From assembly GCA_050183815.1 (NCBI GenBank), contig JBFXAY010000004.1:67051-131050 (forward strand): a DNA stretch of 64,000 bases. The letters are read 5' to 3'. The DNA is from Gemmatimonadales bacterium. GTDB lineage: Bacteria; Gemmatimonadota; Gemmatimonadetes; Gemmatimonadales; GWC2-71-9. Below, piece by piece: positions 46,398 to 56,382 of the stretch (position 1 is the stretch's first letter; every line of letters starts with the position of its first letter). The notes beneath the pieces are model-generated. The model did not search any database and was not told the DNA's origin. It worked only from the letters and a program-made list of their open reading frames with translations. Position numbers and translations under genes: made by a program.

Positions 46398-48911
46398 TCA
46401 GGTTCCTCTTCGCTTGGCCCGGCGGGTCGGCGGCGCGGTGAGCGGGTCGTCGGGCCAGGAGTGCTTGGGATAGCGACCCTTCAAGTCCTTCCGCACGTCG
46501 AAGTAGCTGTTCCGCCAGAAGCCGGCCAGATCGCGGGTGACCTGAACGGGGCGGCCCGCGGGCGACAGGAGGTGGAGCGTGAGCGGGAGGCGGCCGTCCA
46601 TGATGGCCGGCGTCCGCGGCTCGCCGAACATTTCCTGCAACCGCACGGCCAGCACCGGCGCCGCCGGATCCGCATAGTCGATGGCCAGGCGCGACCCGGT
46701 CGGCACCTCCCATCGCTCCGGTGCCAGGCGGTCGAGCGCCCCGCGTTGCCCGGGCCGGAGTGACGCCCGGAGTACCGCTGCGAGATCGAGGTCGCCGAGG
46801 GACCCGGTCAGCCAGGGACCGAGCCAGTCCTCCAGCCGGTCGAGCAGCGCGTCGTCGCCGACGTCCGGCCATCCTTCCGGATCCGCCTGGTGAAGAAACG
46901 CGAGCCGGCGCCGCAGCTCGGACGCCGCTTCGCTCCAGGGCAGCCGGGCAATTCCGCCCCGGCGGATTTCCTCGAGCAGGATCCGGTAGGCCGTTTCGGC
47001 GTCCGGTGGGCCGGCGGGCTTTTCCGCCACCAGGATGGCACCCAGCTCGGTTCGCTCGACCGCGCGTACCGACGCGCGGGCCGCATCCCACTCGGTGACT
47101 ACGCGACTGCGGCCCTGCTCCCGCACGAGCACCGCGACGGCGTCCTGATCGAGCGGCGCCGCCAACGCGATCCGGCTCTCCGCGCCCGCATCGTCCAACT
47201 CCGCCGCGACGATCCACTGCTCCCGGGCCAGCACGTGCGCCGCCGGCATCTGGGCACCGCGGCCGTTCCGCAGGAGGAAGCGACCCGGTTGCCCCGGACG
47301 CAGGCGGCCGATCCGGTCCGGGTAGGCCTGGGCGAGCAACTCGCCCGACAGTTCCGGGTCGAGTTCCGCGCGGTCCGCGCCATCGAGGCGCCGCCGCCAC
47401 TGGCGGGCGTCGTCGAGCAGCCGGGTCCGGCCGCCGCGGTCGACCTCGAAGCCGGGCGGCGTGCCGCCGGACCGAAGCGCCTCGAGCCGCAGCCGGATGT
47501 CGGTATCGGGTACCTCGTGCGGACTCGGCCGGCGGGCGATGTCGCGATCACTCAGCAGGGCGGCCAGCGCGGCCGCGGTGGCGATCCTGAGGCTGCGCGC
47601 CGCAGCATCATCCGCCGCCGAGGCCTGCGCGAAGCGGACGAGGTGCGCCAGACGCGGATGCAGGGCGAGCGCCGCCATGCTCCGGCCCGCCGGCGTGATC
47701 CGGCCCTGGTCGTCGACCGCGCCGAGCAGGGCGAGGAGATCGCGGGCCTGGTCGATCCCGGCTCCAGGTGGGGGGTCGAGCCAGGCGAGTTCGCCGGGAC
47801 GGTCCACGCCGGCCGCCGCGAGGTCGAGTGCCAGCGGAGCCAGGTCGCTCGCGAGGATTTCCGGGGTCCGGTAGGCAAGGAACCCGTGCTCTTCCGCGGC
47901 GTCCCAGAGGCGGAAGCAGACACCCGGCTCGGTACGGCCGGCCCGGCCGCGGCGCTGATCCGCGGACGCGCGGGTGACCCGCACCGTCTCGAGGCGATTC
48001 AAGCCGGTGCGCGGCGAGAACCGGGGAACCCGCATCCGGCCGGCGTCGATCACGATGCGGACCCCCGGAACGGTGAGGCTCGTTTCCGCGATGGCCGTGG
48101 CGAGAATCACCCGCCGGCCGCGCCCCGGCGCCAGCGCGCTGTCCTGCCGCTCGGCCGGCAAGGTCCCGTGCAGCGGGACGACCTCGGCGCCGAGCGGGTT
48201 GCCGGCGGCGAGCCGGTCGGCCACGCGATTGATTTCGCCCACGCCGGGGAGGAACACCAGCACGTCGCCGGATTCGGTGGCGACGGCTTCGCGAATCACG
48301 AGCGCCACGTGAGTGTCGAGCCGCTGGTCGGGCCGGGGCGGGCGGTACCTGGTTTCCACCGGAAAGACGCGGCCCGGAGCGCTGATCACCGGCGCGCCAC
48401 CGAGGAGCGCAGCCACCCGGTCCGCGTCGATCGTGGCCGACATGACGAGGAGGCGGAGTTCCGGCCGGAAGACCTCGCGGGCCCGCAGGGTCAGCGCCAG
48501 GCCGAGATCGGCATGGATGCTTCGCTCGTGGAATTCGTCGAAAATGACGAGGCCGTACTCCTCGAGTGACGGATCCGCGTCAAGCAGCCGGGTGAGCACG
48601 CCTTCGGTGACGACCTCGAGCCGGGTGCGGGCGGAGACCCGGGTGTCGAACCGGACTCGGTGACCGACCCGCTCGCCGACCCGCTCGCCGAGGTGCCAGG
48701 CAATCCGGGCCGCGGCCGCACGGGCCGCCACCCGGCGCGGCTCGAGCATCACGATCTTCCGCTCGCCCAGCCACGAAGCGCCAAGGAGCCGCCACGGAAC
48801 CACCGTAGTCTTGCCCGCGCCCGGCTCCGCCACCACCACGGCCGACTGCCGTTCGGCGAGCGCGGTGCCGATCGCCGGAACGAGGGCTTCGATCGGAAGG
48901 GACGCGGTCAT
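46398..48911 (-). CDS. hrpB: ATP-dependent RNA helicase HrpB (DEAH-box)
   Basis: Walker A AEPGAGKTT. DEFHERS box. SATID, TAIAETSLT(V), QRRGRAGR. HrpB C-terminal domain. ATG 48911 was chosen; the 1004-aa ORF is an N-terminal over-extension. Confidence 0.9.
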   Translation of the reverse strand: MTASLPIEALVPAIGTALAERQSAVVVAEPGAGKTTVVPWRLLGASWLGERKIVMLEPRRVAARAAAARIAWHLGERVGERVGHRVRFDTRVSARTRLEVVTEGVLTRLLDADPSLEEYGLVIFDEFHERSIHADLGLALTLRAREVFRPELRLLVMSATIDADRVAALLGGAPVISAPGRVFPVETRYRPPRPDQRLDTHVALVIREAVATESGDVLVFLPGVGEINRVADRLAAGNPLGAEVVPLHGTLPAERQDSALAPGRGRRVILATAIAETSLTVPGVRIVIDAGRMRVPRFSPRTGLNRLETVRVTRASADQRRGRAGRTEPGVCFRLWDAAEEHGFLAYRTPEILASDLAPLALDLAAAGVDRPGELAWLDPPPGAGIDQARDLLALLGAVDDQGRITPAGRSMAALALHPRLAHLVRFAQASAADDAAARSLRIATAAALAALLSDRDIARRPSPHEVPDTDIRLRLEALRSGGTPPGFEVDRGGRTRLLDDARQWRRRLDGADRAELDPELSGELLAQAYPDRIGRLRPGQPGRFLLRNGRGAQMPAAHVLAREQWIVAAELDDAGAESRIALAAPLDQDAVAVLVREQGRSRVVTEWDAARASVRAVERTELGAILVAEKPAGPPDAETAYRILLEEIRRGGIARLPWSEAASELRRRLAFLHQADPEGWPDVGDDALLDRLEDWLGPWLTGSLGDLDLAAVLRASLRPGQRGALDRLAPERWEVPTGSRLAIDYADPAAPVLAVRLQEMFGEPRTPAIMDGRLPLTLHLLSPAGRPVQVTRDLAGFWRNSYFDVRKDLKGRYPKHSWPDDPLTAPPTRRAKRRGT

Positions 48912-50122
48912 CGACTCGGGCGGCGGCTCCGGCCGCCGCGACGATGGCCGCCGGGGCGGGCGAGGCGCTCCGGGAGAGCCGCGACCCGCCCCGCCAGAAA
49001 CCGGATCCGCAGGCCGCCACTTTCGGTGGCACAACGCTCCTCGAACCCGACGCCGATCTGGCCCTCGAGCATCCGGTCGGACCCGACGATCGCAAGGCGC
49101 CAACCGACACCGCGACGCCGAAGCACGTTGCCCAATTGGGCGTAGAGGTTGCGAAGGGCCGCACGTTCCCCGACCCGATGGCCCCACGGCGGATTGGTGG
49201 CGACGAGGCCGGGATCCCCCTCGAGGTCCATCGCCGACACCGGCGCCTGCCGCCATTCGACCTCGACGCCCGCTCGTGCGCCGTTCTGCTCCGCCGCCGC
49301 CACGGCGCCGGCATCGCGATCGCTGCCGCGAATCGGAAATCCGGGCGAGCGTTCCCGGTGCCGGAGTTCGTCCCGAACACCGGCGGTCACCGCGGACTCG
49401 GTCCCGGGCCACCGCTCGAAGGCGAATCGCCGGAGGAGGCCCGGCGCCTGGCGCCGGGCAAGGAGCGCCGCTTCAATCGGAATCGTGCCGGACCCGCACA
49501 TGGGGTCGATCAACGGCTCGCGGCCGTCGTAGCCCGCCGAGAGCAGGAACCCCGCGGCAAGCGTCTCGCGCAGCGGCGCCCGCGCCACCGCCTGCCGGTA
49601 TCCGCGGCGGTGGAGCAGCGGCCCCGACGTATCGGCACTGATCACGCATTCGTCGTGCTGGAACCGGACGATGAAGCGTTGCACGACCGGGAGGTCGACC
49701 ACCGACTCGTCTTCGTCCTCGGCCTCGTCCCGGCGGGCAATCACCGACGCGCCGGACACCCCGGCCGACACCGCGCTACCGAGCCGTTCGACGATGGCGC
49801 GCTCGTGGTAGAGCTTCGACTTGCGGGTGGTGACCCGAAAATGAGCCGCCGCACCCGGGCCGAGGAACCGGGGCCAGTCGATCTTGCGGGCGTGCCGCTC
49901 GAGTTCGTGAAAGGCGGAGGCATGGAAGGTCGCGACCCGAACAATCACTCGCCCCGCGGTGCGGAGCCCGAGGTTGGCCCGGGCAATCCCCGCGAGATCC
50001 GTTTCGAAGCCGACGCCGCCCGGCTCGACCACCGGCGACCGGAAGCCCAGGCCTGCCAGTTCCTCGGCCAGCACCGGTTCCAACCCGGGGTGTGCGGTGG
50101 CGAACGCGGAGTAGGGCTTCAT
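48908..50122 (-). CDS. THUMP-domain class I SAM-dependent RNA methyltransferase (RlmL/RlmK-like)
   Basis: THUMP N-domain. SAM motif DPMCGSGTIPIEA. Catalytic NPPWG. ATGA overlap with the hrpB start. Confidence 0.85.
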   Translation of the reverse strand: MKPYSAFATAHPGLEPVLAEELAGLGFRSPVVEPGGVGFETDLAGIARANLGLRTAGRVIVRVATFHASAFHELERHARKIDWPRFLGPGAAAHFRVTTRKSKLYHERAIVERLGSAVSAGVSGASVIARRDEAEDEDESVVDLPVVQRFIVRFQHDECVISADTSGPLLHRRGYRQAVARAPLRETLAAGFLLSAGYDGREPLIDPMCGSGTIPIEAALLARRQAPGLLRRFAFERWPGTESAVTAGVRDELRHRERSPGFPIRGSDRDAGAVAAAEQNGARAGVEVEWRQAPVSAMDLEGDPGLVATNPPWGHRVGERAALRNLYAQLGNVLRRRGVGWRLAIVGSDRMLEGQIGVGFEERCATESGGLRIRFLAGRVAALPERLARPGGHRRGGRSRRPSR

Positions 50123-50201
50123 GGACTCGATCCGGTGCTGGGGCCGGAATGACACGGGGCGGCCTCATCGGCCGCCCCGTTGTCTGCTACCGGCCGAACC
50201 G

Positions 50202-51218
50202 TCAGGCCGAACGGTTCTTCAGGGCCCGCCGGAGCTCGCGCCACCCGATCAGCCGCTGCCGGTCTTCATCGTAGAGCTTGAGACCGAGCGACTTGATGCC
50301 CTGCCAGATGCCGATGGTCGGCACATTCTGGAATTCCGGGTGGTTGTCGTGCACCTGCTGGAGCCGATAGTTCGGGATCCGGGGGCTGAGATGGTGGACG
50401 TGGTGCAGCCCGATGTTGCCGGTGAACCACTGAAGCACCTTCGGCAGTTTGAGATAGGTGCTGCCCTTCAGCGCCGACGTGGCGTAGTCCCACTCCGCCG
50501 CGGGCCGCCAGTAGGCTTCCTCGAACTGGTGCTGGACGTAGAAAAGGAACACGCCGGTGGAGCCGGCCACCAGGAAGGCGGGCAGGTAGATGGCCGCCGC
50601 CTCGTCGAGTGCGCCGAGGAGACCGAGGAGCACCGCCACCGCGACCAGAGTGATGTTGGTCGCGTGGACGCTGAGCCGTTCCTTGGCCGTGGTCAACTGG
50701 CCCGGCGTGGGCAGCCGATGCTTGATCGCCAGGAAGGCCGGACCGATGACCAGCAGCATGAGCGGGTTCCGATAGATCCGGTACTTGAACTTGGCCATCG
50801 GACTCAGGCCCAGATACTCGGTGACCGTGAGCGTGGTCACGTCGCCGTAGCCCCGCTTCTCGAGGTTGCCGGACGTCGCGTGGTGGATCGCATGATCGCG
50901 ACGCCACTGGACGTAGGGCGTGAACGTCATGACGCCGGTGATGAATCCGACGATGTCGTTCAGGCGGCGAGACCGGAAGAACGAGCCGTGGCCGCAGTCA
51001 TGCATGAAGATGAAGACGCGGACCAGGAGCAGCCCGGTCGGGACGGCCAGCAGGAGGACGAGGCCGTAGTGAATGCGCATCGCCCAGACCATCAGGAGGA
51101 TGCCCGCGATCAGGGGGACGAAGGTCGTCACCATCTGGGTTACCGCGGCCCGGGTATCGGGCTGCTGGTACCTGGCGACGAGTTCGCGCCACTTGCCGGT
51201 AATTTCTGCAGTACTCAT
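50202..51218 (-). CDS. Membrane fatty acid desaturase
   Basis: Three histidine boxes HDCGHGS, HAIHHATSGN, HHVHHL. Multiple TM segments. Confidence 0.9.
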   Translation of the reverse strand: MSTAEITGKWRELVARYQQPDTRAAVTQMVTTFVPLIAGILLMVWAMRIHYGLVLLLAVPTGLLLVRVFIFMHDCGHGSFFRSRRLNDIVGFITGVMTFTPYVQWRRDHAIHHATSGNLEKRGYGDVTTLTVTEYLGLSPMAKFKYRIYRNPLMLLVIGPAFLAIKHRLPTPGQLTTAKERLSVHATNITLVAVAVLLGLLGALDEAAAIYLPAFLVAGSTGVFLFYVQHQFEEAYWRPAAEWDYATSALKGSTYLKLPKVLQWFTGNIGLHHVHHLSPRIPNYRLQQVHDNHPEFQNVPTIGIWQGIKSLGLKLYDEDRQRLIGWRELRRALKNRSA

Positions 51219-51303
51219 GGAATCCGTGGTTGCCGGGTCTCAGGAAATCTAGCGGCCCACCGCCCGCCAGGGGAGGGTGCATAACGTCTTTTGTAACAAA
51301 GCC

Positions 51304-51942
51304 TTACGTTCCGGGAATCCGGAGGGCGCGGCGTTCCCGCCCCGCCGGCTCCCGACAATGGCATCCATCGAGGTGGTCGTTGACCAGCCCCATGGCCTGC
51401 ATGAAGGCGTACATCGTGGTCGGTCCGACGAAGGTCCAGCCCCGCCGCTTCAGGTCCTTCGACAGCGCCACCGAGGCCGGCGTCGAGGCGATCCCCGACA
51501 GGATTCGGCGGGTAAATCGCTTCGGCCGGGTCGCCGGATCGGGCTCGAAACTCCAGAAATAGGACGCCAGCGACCCCCGCTCCGCCACGAGGTCGGCCGC
51601 GCGGCGGGCATTGTTGATGGTCGATTCGATCTTGCCGCGATGCCGGACGATGCCGGCGTCCCCCAGGAGCCGGGTCACATCCCGGGCACCGAAGCGGCTC
51701 ACCTTCTCGAACGCGAATCCGGCAAAGGCCTGGCGGAAGTTGTCCCGTTTACGGAGGATGGTGAGCCAGCTGAGCCCGGCCTGGAACCCTTCCAGGCAGA
51801 TCTTTTCAAAGAGCCGCCGGTCGTCGGTAACCGGACGGCCCCATTCCTCGTCGTGATACGCGGCGTAGTCGGGCGCGGAGGCGCCCCACCAGCAGCGCTC
51901 GCGCCCGTCCTCACCGCGGACCAGACCATCGGCAGGCGCCAT
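51304..51942 (-). CDS. tag: DNA-3-methyladenine glycosylase I
   Basis: YHDEEWGRP, EGFQAGLSWLTIL, TFVGPTTMYAFMQAMGLVNDH and a Zn-ligand region at the C-terminus. Confidence 0.9.
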   Translation of the reverse strand: MAPADGLVRGEDGRERCWWGASAPDYAAYHDEEWGRPVTDDRRLFEKICLEGFQAGLSWLTILRKRDNFRQAFAGFAFEKVSRFGARDVTRLLGDAGIVRHRGKIESTINNARRAADLVAERGSLASYFWSFEPDPATRPKRFTRRILSGIASTPASVALSKDLKRRGWTFVGPTTMYAFMQAMGLVNDHLDGCHCREPAGRERRALRIPGT

Positions 51943-52077
51943 CGACTCTCCGACTCCGGGGGGATGGCTATGCTACCGACTGCGGGCCGGCTTGGGAAGA
52001 CGCCGAGCGGGCCGATTGGCCGGGGACCGGAGGCGGCGCTAAGCTTGCCCTTCATCACCACCCGTACAGGCATCCTC

Positions 52078-53712
52078 ATGCGGCTCGGATCGATCGTTCT
52101 CCTCGGGTTTCTCGCGGCCTGCCAGGGGGCCCCCACCCGGGCCGCCATTTCGGCGCCGGATCTGGAACAGCGGCTCTTCGCGATCGCGCACGATTCGATG
52201 GGCGGCCGCGCGACCGGGTCACGGGGCGGGTACCTCACGGCCGATTACATCGCCAGCGAGTTCGCGCGACTGGGACTCGAGCCGGCGGGCGAGGACGGCA
52301 CCTTCTTCCAGACGATTCCCTTCTTCCGCTTTCGGGGCGATACGATGGGCGGACTGACGGCGGGCGGCAACCGGTTGGCCGTGGGCCGGGATCTCGTGCC
52401 GATCGCCGCGCCGGTTCCGAACCGGCCCGTGGACGGCCGGGAAGTCATCCTCGGCGGCCCACTGGCGGACTCCACGAACTGGCCGGCGGCTGCCGCGCTC
52501 AAAGACCGGATCGTCATTCTCGTCCCGCCGCAGGAACTCGATCGCCGGATCGGCGGACTTCTCGGCGTACCCCGTCGCTCAGCCCGGATGAACGAGGCCG
52601 CGATCATCGTGATCCCCATCCTCGAGAAGCTCGGCGGCGAAACCGTGGCCTCGTTGATCGACGGACGGGTGGTGACGGATACGAGCCGCGACGGGTCCGG
52701 GCCGCTGATCGTGCTGGCCACCGGCCCCGCCGCCGATGCCCTCCTCGGCGCCGCGGTGGCCTCCGCGGCACCGGGGACCGTCGGGCCGGCCGTCGGCGGC
52801 GAGGTCGGCGTCGGATTCTTCCCGCTCGATTTCCCGGCCCGCAACGTGATCGGCGTCCTGCGCGGGCGCGACGCCGACCTGGCCCAGACCTACGTCTCCG
52901 TCACGGCCCACAGCGATCATGTCGGCTTCGATCGGTCGCCGGTCGATCACGATTCGATCCGGGCCTTCAACCGGGTGATCCGGCCGATGGGCGCGGACAA
53001 CCCGAGCCGGGAGCCGAACGGGGCCGAGGCGAAGGAGATCCAGCGGATTCTCGACAGCCTGCGGGCGGTCCGTCCCGCGCGGCCCGACTCGATCCGCAAC
53101 GGTGCTGACGATGACGGGAGCGGTACCGTGGCGCTGCTCGAGGTCGCCGAGGCGTTCGCGAAGGGCGAGCGCCCGCGCCGTTCGCTGCTGTTCGTCTCGC
53201 ACGCGGCCGAGGAGATGGGGCTCCTCGGCTCCGCCTGGTTCACGGACCATCCCACCGTTCCGATCGATTCGATCGTCTCGGAGATGGACATGGACATGAT
53301 CGGCCGCGGTGCCAAGACCGATCTGCCCGACGCGGGGCCCGGCTATCTGGAGATGATCGGCACCCGCCGGCTCTCCAGCGAGTACGGCGACATCTTCGAC
53401 CGGGTCAACGCCCGCCAGCCGGAGCCGTTCCAGTTCAACCTGACGTTCGACGAGCCCGGCCACCCGCTGCAGTACTATTGCCGGGCGGATCACTACAGCT
53501 ACGCGCGCTATGGGATCCCGTCGATGGCGATGTCGCGGGGCGAGCATCTCGACTACCACCAGGTGACCGACGAGCCGCAGTACATCGACTACCAGGCTCT
53601 CCGTCGAGTGGCACGGTTCGCGTTCGACGTGGCGAGCGAGGTGGCCAACCTCGACCACCGCCCCGCGCTCGATCACCCCAAGGGGGATCCCAAGGCGCCC
53701 TGCGTCCAGTAG
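52078..53712 (+). CDS. M28 family metallopeptidase (lipoprotein, PA-domain-containing)
   Basis: ATG 52078 gives MRLGSIVLLGFLAAC (lipobox). Zn ligand motifs SVTAHSDHVG, GADDDGSGT, HAAEEMGLLGS, HYHQVTD. Confidence 0.85.
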   Translation: MRLGSIVLLGFLAACQGAPTRAAISAPDLEQRLFAIAHDSMGGRATGSRGGYLTADYIASEFARLGLEPAGEDGTFFQTIPFFRFRGDTMGGLTAGGNRLAVGRDLVPIAAPVPNRPVDGREVILGGPLADSTNWPAAAALKDRIVILVPPQELDRRIGGLLGVPRRSARMNEAAIIVIPILEKLGGETVASLIDGRVVTDTSRDGSGPLIVLATGPAADALLGAAVASAAPGTVGPAVGGEVGVGFFPLDFPARNVIGVLRGRDADLAQTYVSVTAHSDHVGFDRSPVDHDSIRAFNRVIRPMGADNPSREPNGAEAKEIQRILDSLRAVRPARPDSIRNGADDDGSGTVALLEVAEAFAKGERPRRSLLFVSHAAEEMGLLGSAWFTDHPTVPIDSIVSEMDMDMIGRGAKTDLPDAGPGYLEMIGTRRLSSEYGDIFDRVNARQPEPFQFNLTFDEPGHPLQYYCRADHYSYARYGIPSMAMSRGEHLDYHQVTDEPQYIDYQALRRVARFAFDVASEVANLDHRPALDHPKGDPKAPCVQ

Positions 53713-53716
53713 CCGG

Positions 53717-54202
53717 TTAGCGGCCGCGGCCGGCCAGCGAGGCTTCGACCTCCTGGTCGGTGAACCGCCGCGGTTCGAGCGCCAGTTCCCGATAGCTGCT
53801 CGGCTTCGTGGCCGCCTCGATTCCGATCACCTTGGTGCCGGACACCTTCACCATCACCTCGGCGGCACCGCCGTGATCCTGGTCGTGGGTCAGGATCAGG
53901 CTCCACTCGCCCTGGTCACCCCACTGCGGCTTGAGCGCGTAGACACCCGGCCGGCTCGTCCGGTCGAACCGGAGCGTCACCGACCGCCGCTCGCCCTTCA
54001 CCACGCCGACGGCGCGGCCGGTCACCTGGTCGTTCGACTCGCCGTTGTGATGCTGAACCCGGACCAGCAGGAATGCACCGCGGCTGGCCTGATCGAACGG
54101 ATTGGGCGGCAACTCCACGGCAATCCACGGCGGCCCGGCCAGGAGCGGGGCGGCGGCCAGCGCGAGCAGGGCGAGCGGGGCGGCGAAACGGGCGAGACGC
54201 AT
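53717..54202 (-). CDS. Secreted hypothetical protein (161 aa)
   Basis: Signal peptide MRLARFAAPLALLALAAAPLLA. Beta-rich. Last gene of the ECF operon on the minus strand. Confidence 0.55.
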   Translation of the reverse strand: MRLARFAAPLALLALAAAPLLAGPPWIAVELPPNPFDQASRGAFLLVRVQHHNGESNDQVTGRAVGVVKGERRSVTLRFDRTSRPGVYALKPQWGDQGEWSLILTHDQDHGGAAEVMVKVSGTKVIGIEAATKPSSYRELALEPRRFTDQEVEASLAGRGR

Positions 54203-54238
54203 GGCGACTCCAGCGAAGGGGACGCCTGCTTTGACGCC

Positions 54239-55165
54239 TCAGCGGGCGGTGCGGTTTGAACGGGTGGTGATGACGATGGGGCCCGAGAACGTCCGGACGG
54301 CGATCGAGGCGCCGCGGCCGGCCCCCGACTTCTTGCCCACCGTGAACCGGGCGAAGCGCTCGTGCCGGCGCTTGCTGTCGCCGGTGAAATGGGTGACGAT
54401 CGGCTCGCCCTTGATGGTGGAGAGATCGAAGCGGGCGTCGATCGCGTCGGGCAGCGTGACGGTGACGGGGCCGTCGTGGGTTTCCACTTCCAATTGGCCG
54501 TCGAGCGGGACCGCGGTCCGGATGTCGACCGCCCCCGAGACCGTTTCGATTCGTCCCGAGAGCAGCTCGTCGGATTCGAGATCGACGAGGCCCTGAACCG
54601 TGGTGACTGCCACGTCGCCCCGGGCGCCCGAGATCCGGACCGCGCCCGCCCCGGTCCGAGCCCGCACCACTGTGGCGGTGCCGGTGATGGCAACGTCGCC
54701 GTCAATGGTCTCGATCGTGGCCACCCGCGGACTACCGTTCAACGTCACCGACCCGGTGACCGAGGAGACCTCGAGCTCGCCGCGGACCTCGGTGACGATC
54801 ACATCCGCCGTACCGCTCTTGACCCAGATCCGGGCCCCGCGGGGTACCTGGACCTCCAGAGTGGACGGCGGCCCGGTGAGCGACGGGCTCTGCCCGTCAA
54901 TGCCTAGCTTGGCCATCCGGCCGGCACCCCCGCCGAAGAGGGTCCCGCCGTGCGGAGGTACGGTCGCGCGGACATGGATCGAATCACGGTCCCACCCCGT
55001 GATCCGCGTCGTACCGACAAGGTTGTAGACGCGCACGGCCACGTCGGCCGCCGCCGGGAATCCCAACTGGCGCTCCTGGCCGGCAGCGCCGGTGGTCGGC
55101 AGCGCCATGAGCGCCGCGACGGCCAGCAGCCGGAGGAGTTCCGGAACCTGAACGGGTCGCGGCAT
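54239..55165 (-). CDS. DUF4097-like putative adhesin / beta-helix protein
   Basis: Signal peptide. Repeated G-[DAP]-V-x-[IV] turns (GDVAITG, GAVRISGARGDVAVTT, GLVDLES, GAVDIRT, GPVTVTLP). The start shares 1 nt with the anti-sigma stop. Confidence 0.7.
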   Translation of the reverse strand: MPRPVQVPELLRLLAVAALMALPTTGAAGQERQLGFPAAADVAVRVYNLVGTTRITGWDRDSIHVRATVPPHGGTLFGGGAGRMAKLGIDGQSPSLTGPPSTLEVQVPRGARIWVKSGTADVIVTEVRGELEVSSVTGSVTLNGSPRVATIETIDGDVAITGTATVVRARTGAGAVRISGARGDVAVTTVQGLVDLESDELLSGRIETVSGAVDIRTAVPLDGQLEVETHDGPVTVTLPDAIDARFDLSTIKGEPIVTHFTGDSKRRHERFARFTVGKKSGAGRGASIAVRTFSGPIVITTRSNRTAR

Positions 55166-55767
55166 CACGAGGCGCCCAGGGTCGAGGCTCGTTCGAGGAA
55201 CTCGATCTTCCGCTTGTAGGCGGCCACGACCACCGCTTCGAGCGCGCGATTGGCCGGATCGGCATCCAGCGCCGCCCGCGCTTCCGCGAGGGCCCGTTCG
55301 ATGACGTCGAGATTGCGCTCGAGCACCGCCCGGGTCTCGGGCGCGAGCGAGTCGCGCGACCGGCGGTACACGCCCGAGAGTTCCAGCGCCGCGTTCTGGT
55401 AGCCCACCTCGAGTTCGGCGAAGCCCGCCGGGTCCGGCGAGGCGGTGCGCCGGACGAGGGCCACGGTGGCGGCGGACGAGACCGCGATCAGCACGAGTGC
55501 CGCGGCTGCGAGGCTCCAGACCGACACCGCGAAGCGCCGGGGCCGGCGCTCGAGGCGGGGAGCGATCTCGGTCCAGAGGTCGCGGGCCGGGGCGATCGAC
55601 CGCGGCAGCCGCCCGGCCCGTTCGCCAATCCACGTCGCGGTGTCGACGTCTTCCCGGCACTCCGCACAGCCCGCCAGGTGGGCGTCGACGCGCGTCCTGG
55701 CCTCAGGCGTCAGTCGGCCCGAGAGGAGGTCGGGAATCCGGTCACGAATCTCGGTGCAGTCACTCAT
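55165..55767 (-). CDS. Anti-sigma factor (zf-HC2, single TM)
   Basis: N-terminal H-x3-C-x2-C (DAHLAGCAEC). TM VWSLAAAALVLIAVSSAATVALV. ATGA overlap with the sigma gene. Confidence 0.8.
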   Translation of the reverse strand: MSDCTEIRDRIPDLLSGRLTPEARTRVDAHLAGCAECREDVDTATWIGERAGRLPRSIAPARDLWTEIAPRLERRPRRFAVSVWSLAAAALVLIAVSSAATVALVRRTASPDPAGFAELEVGYQNAALELSGVYRRSRDSLAPETRAVLERNLDVIERALAEARAALDADPANRALEAVVVAAYKRKIEFLERASTLGAS

Positions 55768-56342
55768 CGATCCAGCGCCTCTCTCAACAACCGTCGGGCC
55801 CGGAACAGCTGGGCCTTCGACGTCCCGACCGCGATCCCGGTCAGTTCGGCGATCTCCCGGTGCTCGTAGCCCTCGACGTCGTGAAGCACGAAGACGGTGC
55901 GGGCCCCGGCGGGCAGCAGCCCGATGGCCGCGTCGAGGTCGAGCCGAGTGCCGACGTGGGCCGGCCGGGCCAGCGCGGTCGTCTCCAGGTCGTCGGTCCC
56001 GAGGAGGCGCCGGTCCCGCCGCCAGGCGCTGCGCCGGTCGGAGAGAATCAGGTTGATCGCGAGCCGGTGCAGCCAGGTGCCGAACGCGCTGTCGCCCCGG
56101 AAGCTGCCCAGCCGCTCCCAGGCCCGCACGAACACGTCCTGGGTCAGCTGCTCGGCGTGGAGGGCATCCCCGGCCAGCCGGGCCGCCAGGGCGTGAATCC
56201 GACCCACATGGAGACGATAGAGCCGTTCGAAGGCGCGGTCATCGCCGGAGGCGGCCGCGGACACATCGGGTTCGGCCACCTTCCCGGCGGCGGGTTGATC
56301 CGCCGCCAGGTGGCGGTGCAGGACGAGCGTTGCCGGGGTCAC
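55764..56342 (-). CDS. ECF (sigma-70 family) RNA polymerase sigma factor
   Basis: Region 2 FERLYRLHVGRIHALAARL...DVFVRAWERL. Region 4 VFVLHDVEGYEHREIAELTGIAVGTSKAQLFRARRLLRE. The start is uncertain (GTG 56342 or GTG 56279). ATG 56564 would overlap the upstream gene by 180 nt. Confidence 0.8.
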   Translation of the reverse strand: MTPATLVLHRHLAADQPAAGKVAEPDVSAAASGDDRAFERLYRLHVGRIHALAARLAGDALHAEQLTQDVFVRAWERLGSFRGDSAFGTWLHRLAINLILSDRRSAWRRDRRLLGTDDLETTALARPAHVGTRLDLDAAIGLLPAGARTVFVLHDVEGYEHREIAELTGIAVGTSKAQLFRARRLLREALDR

Positions 56343-56382
56343 GACCGGTTTGACGCCGCCCGGCCGGGCCGGGTTTGAACCC

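Noticed and set aside
48912-49412. N-terminal 167-aa extension of the HrpB ORF (1004 aa as listed)
   Set aside because: The extension is Arg/Pro/Gly low complexity and overlaps the THUMP methyltransferase gene. HrpB homology begins at MTASLPIEAL (ATG 48911), which forms an ATGA junction with the upstream gene.
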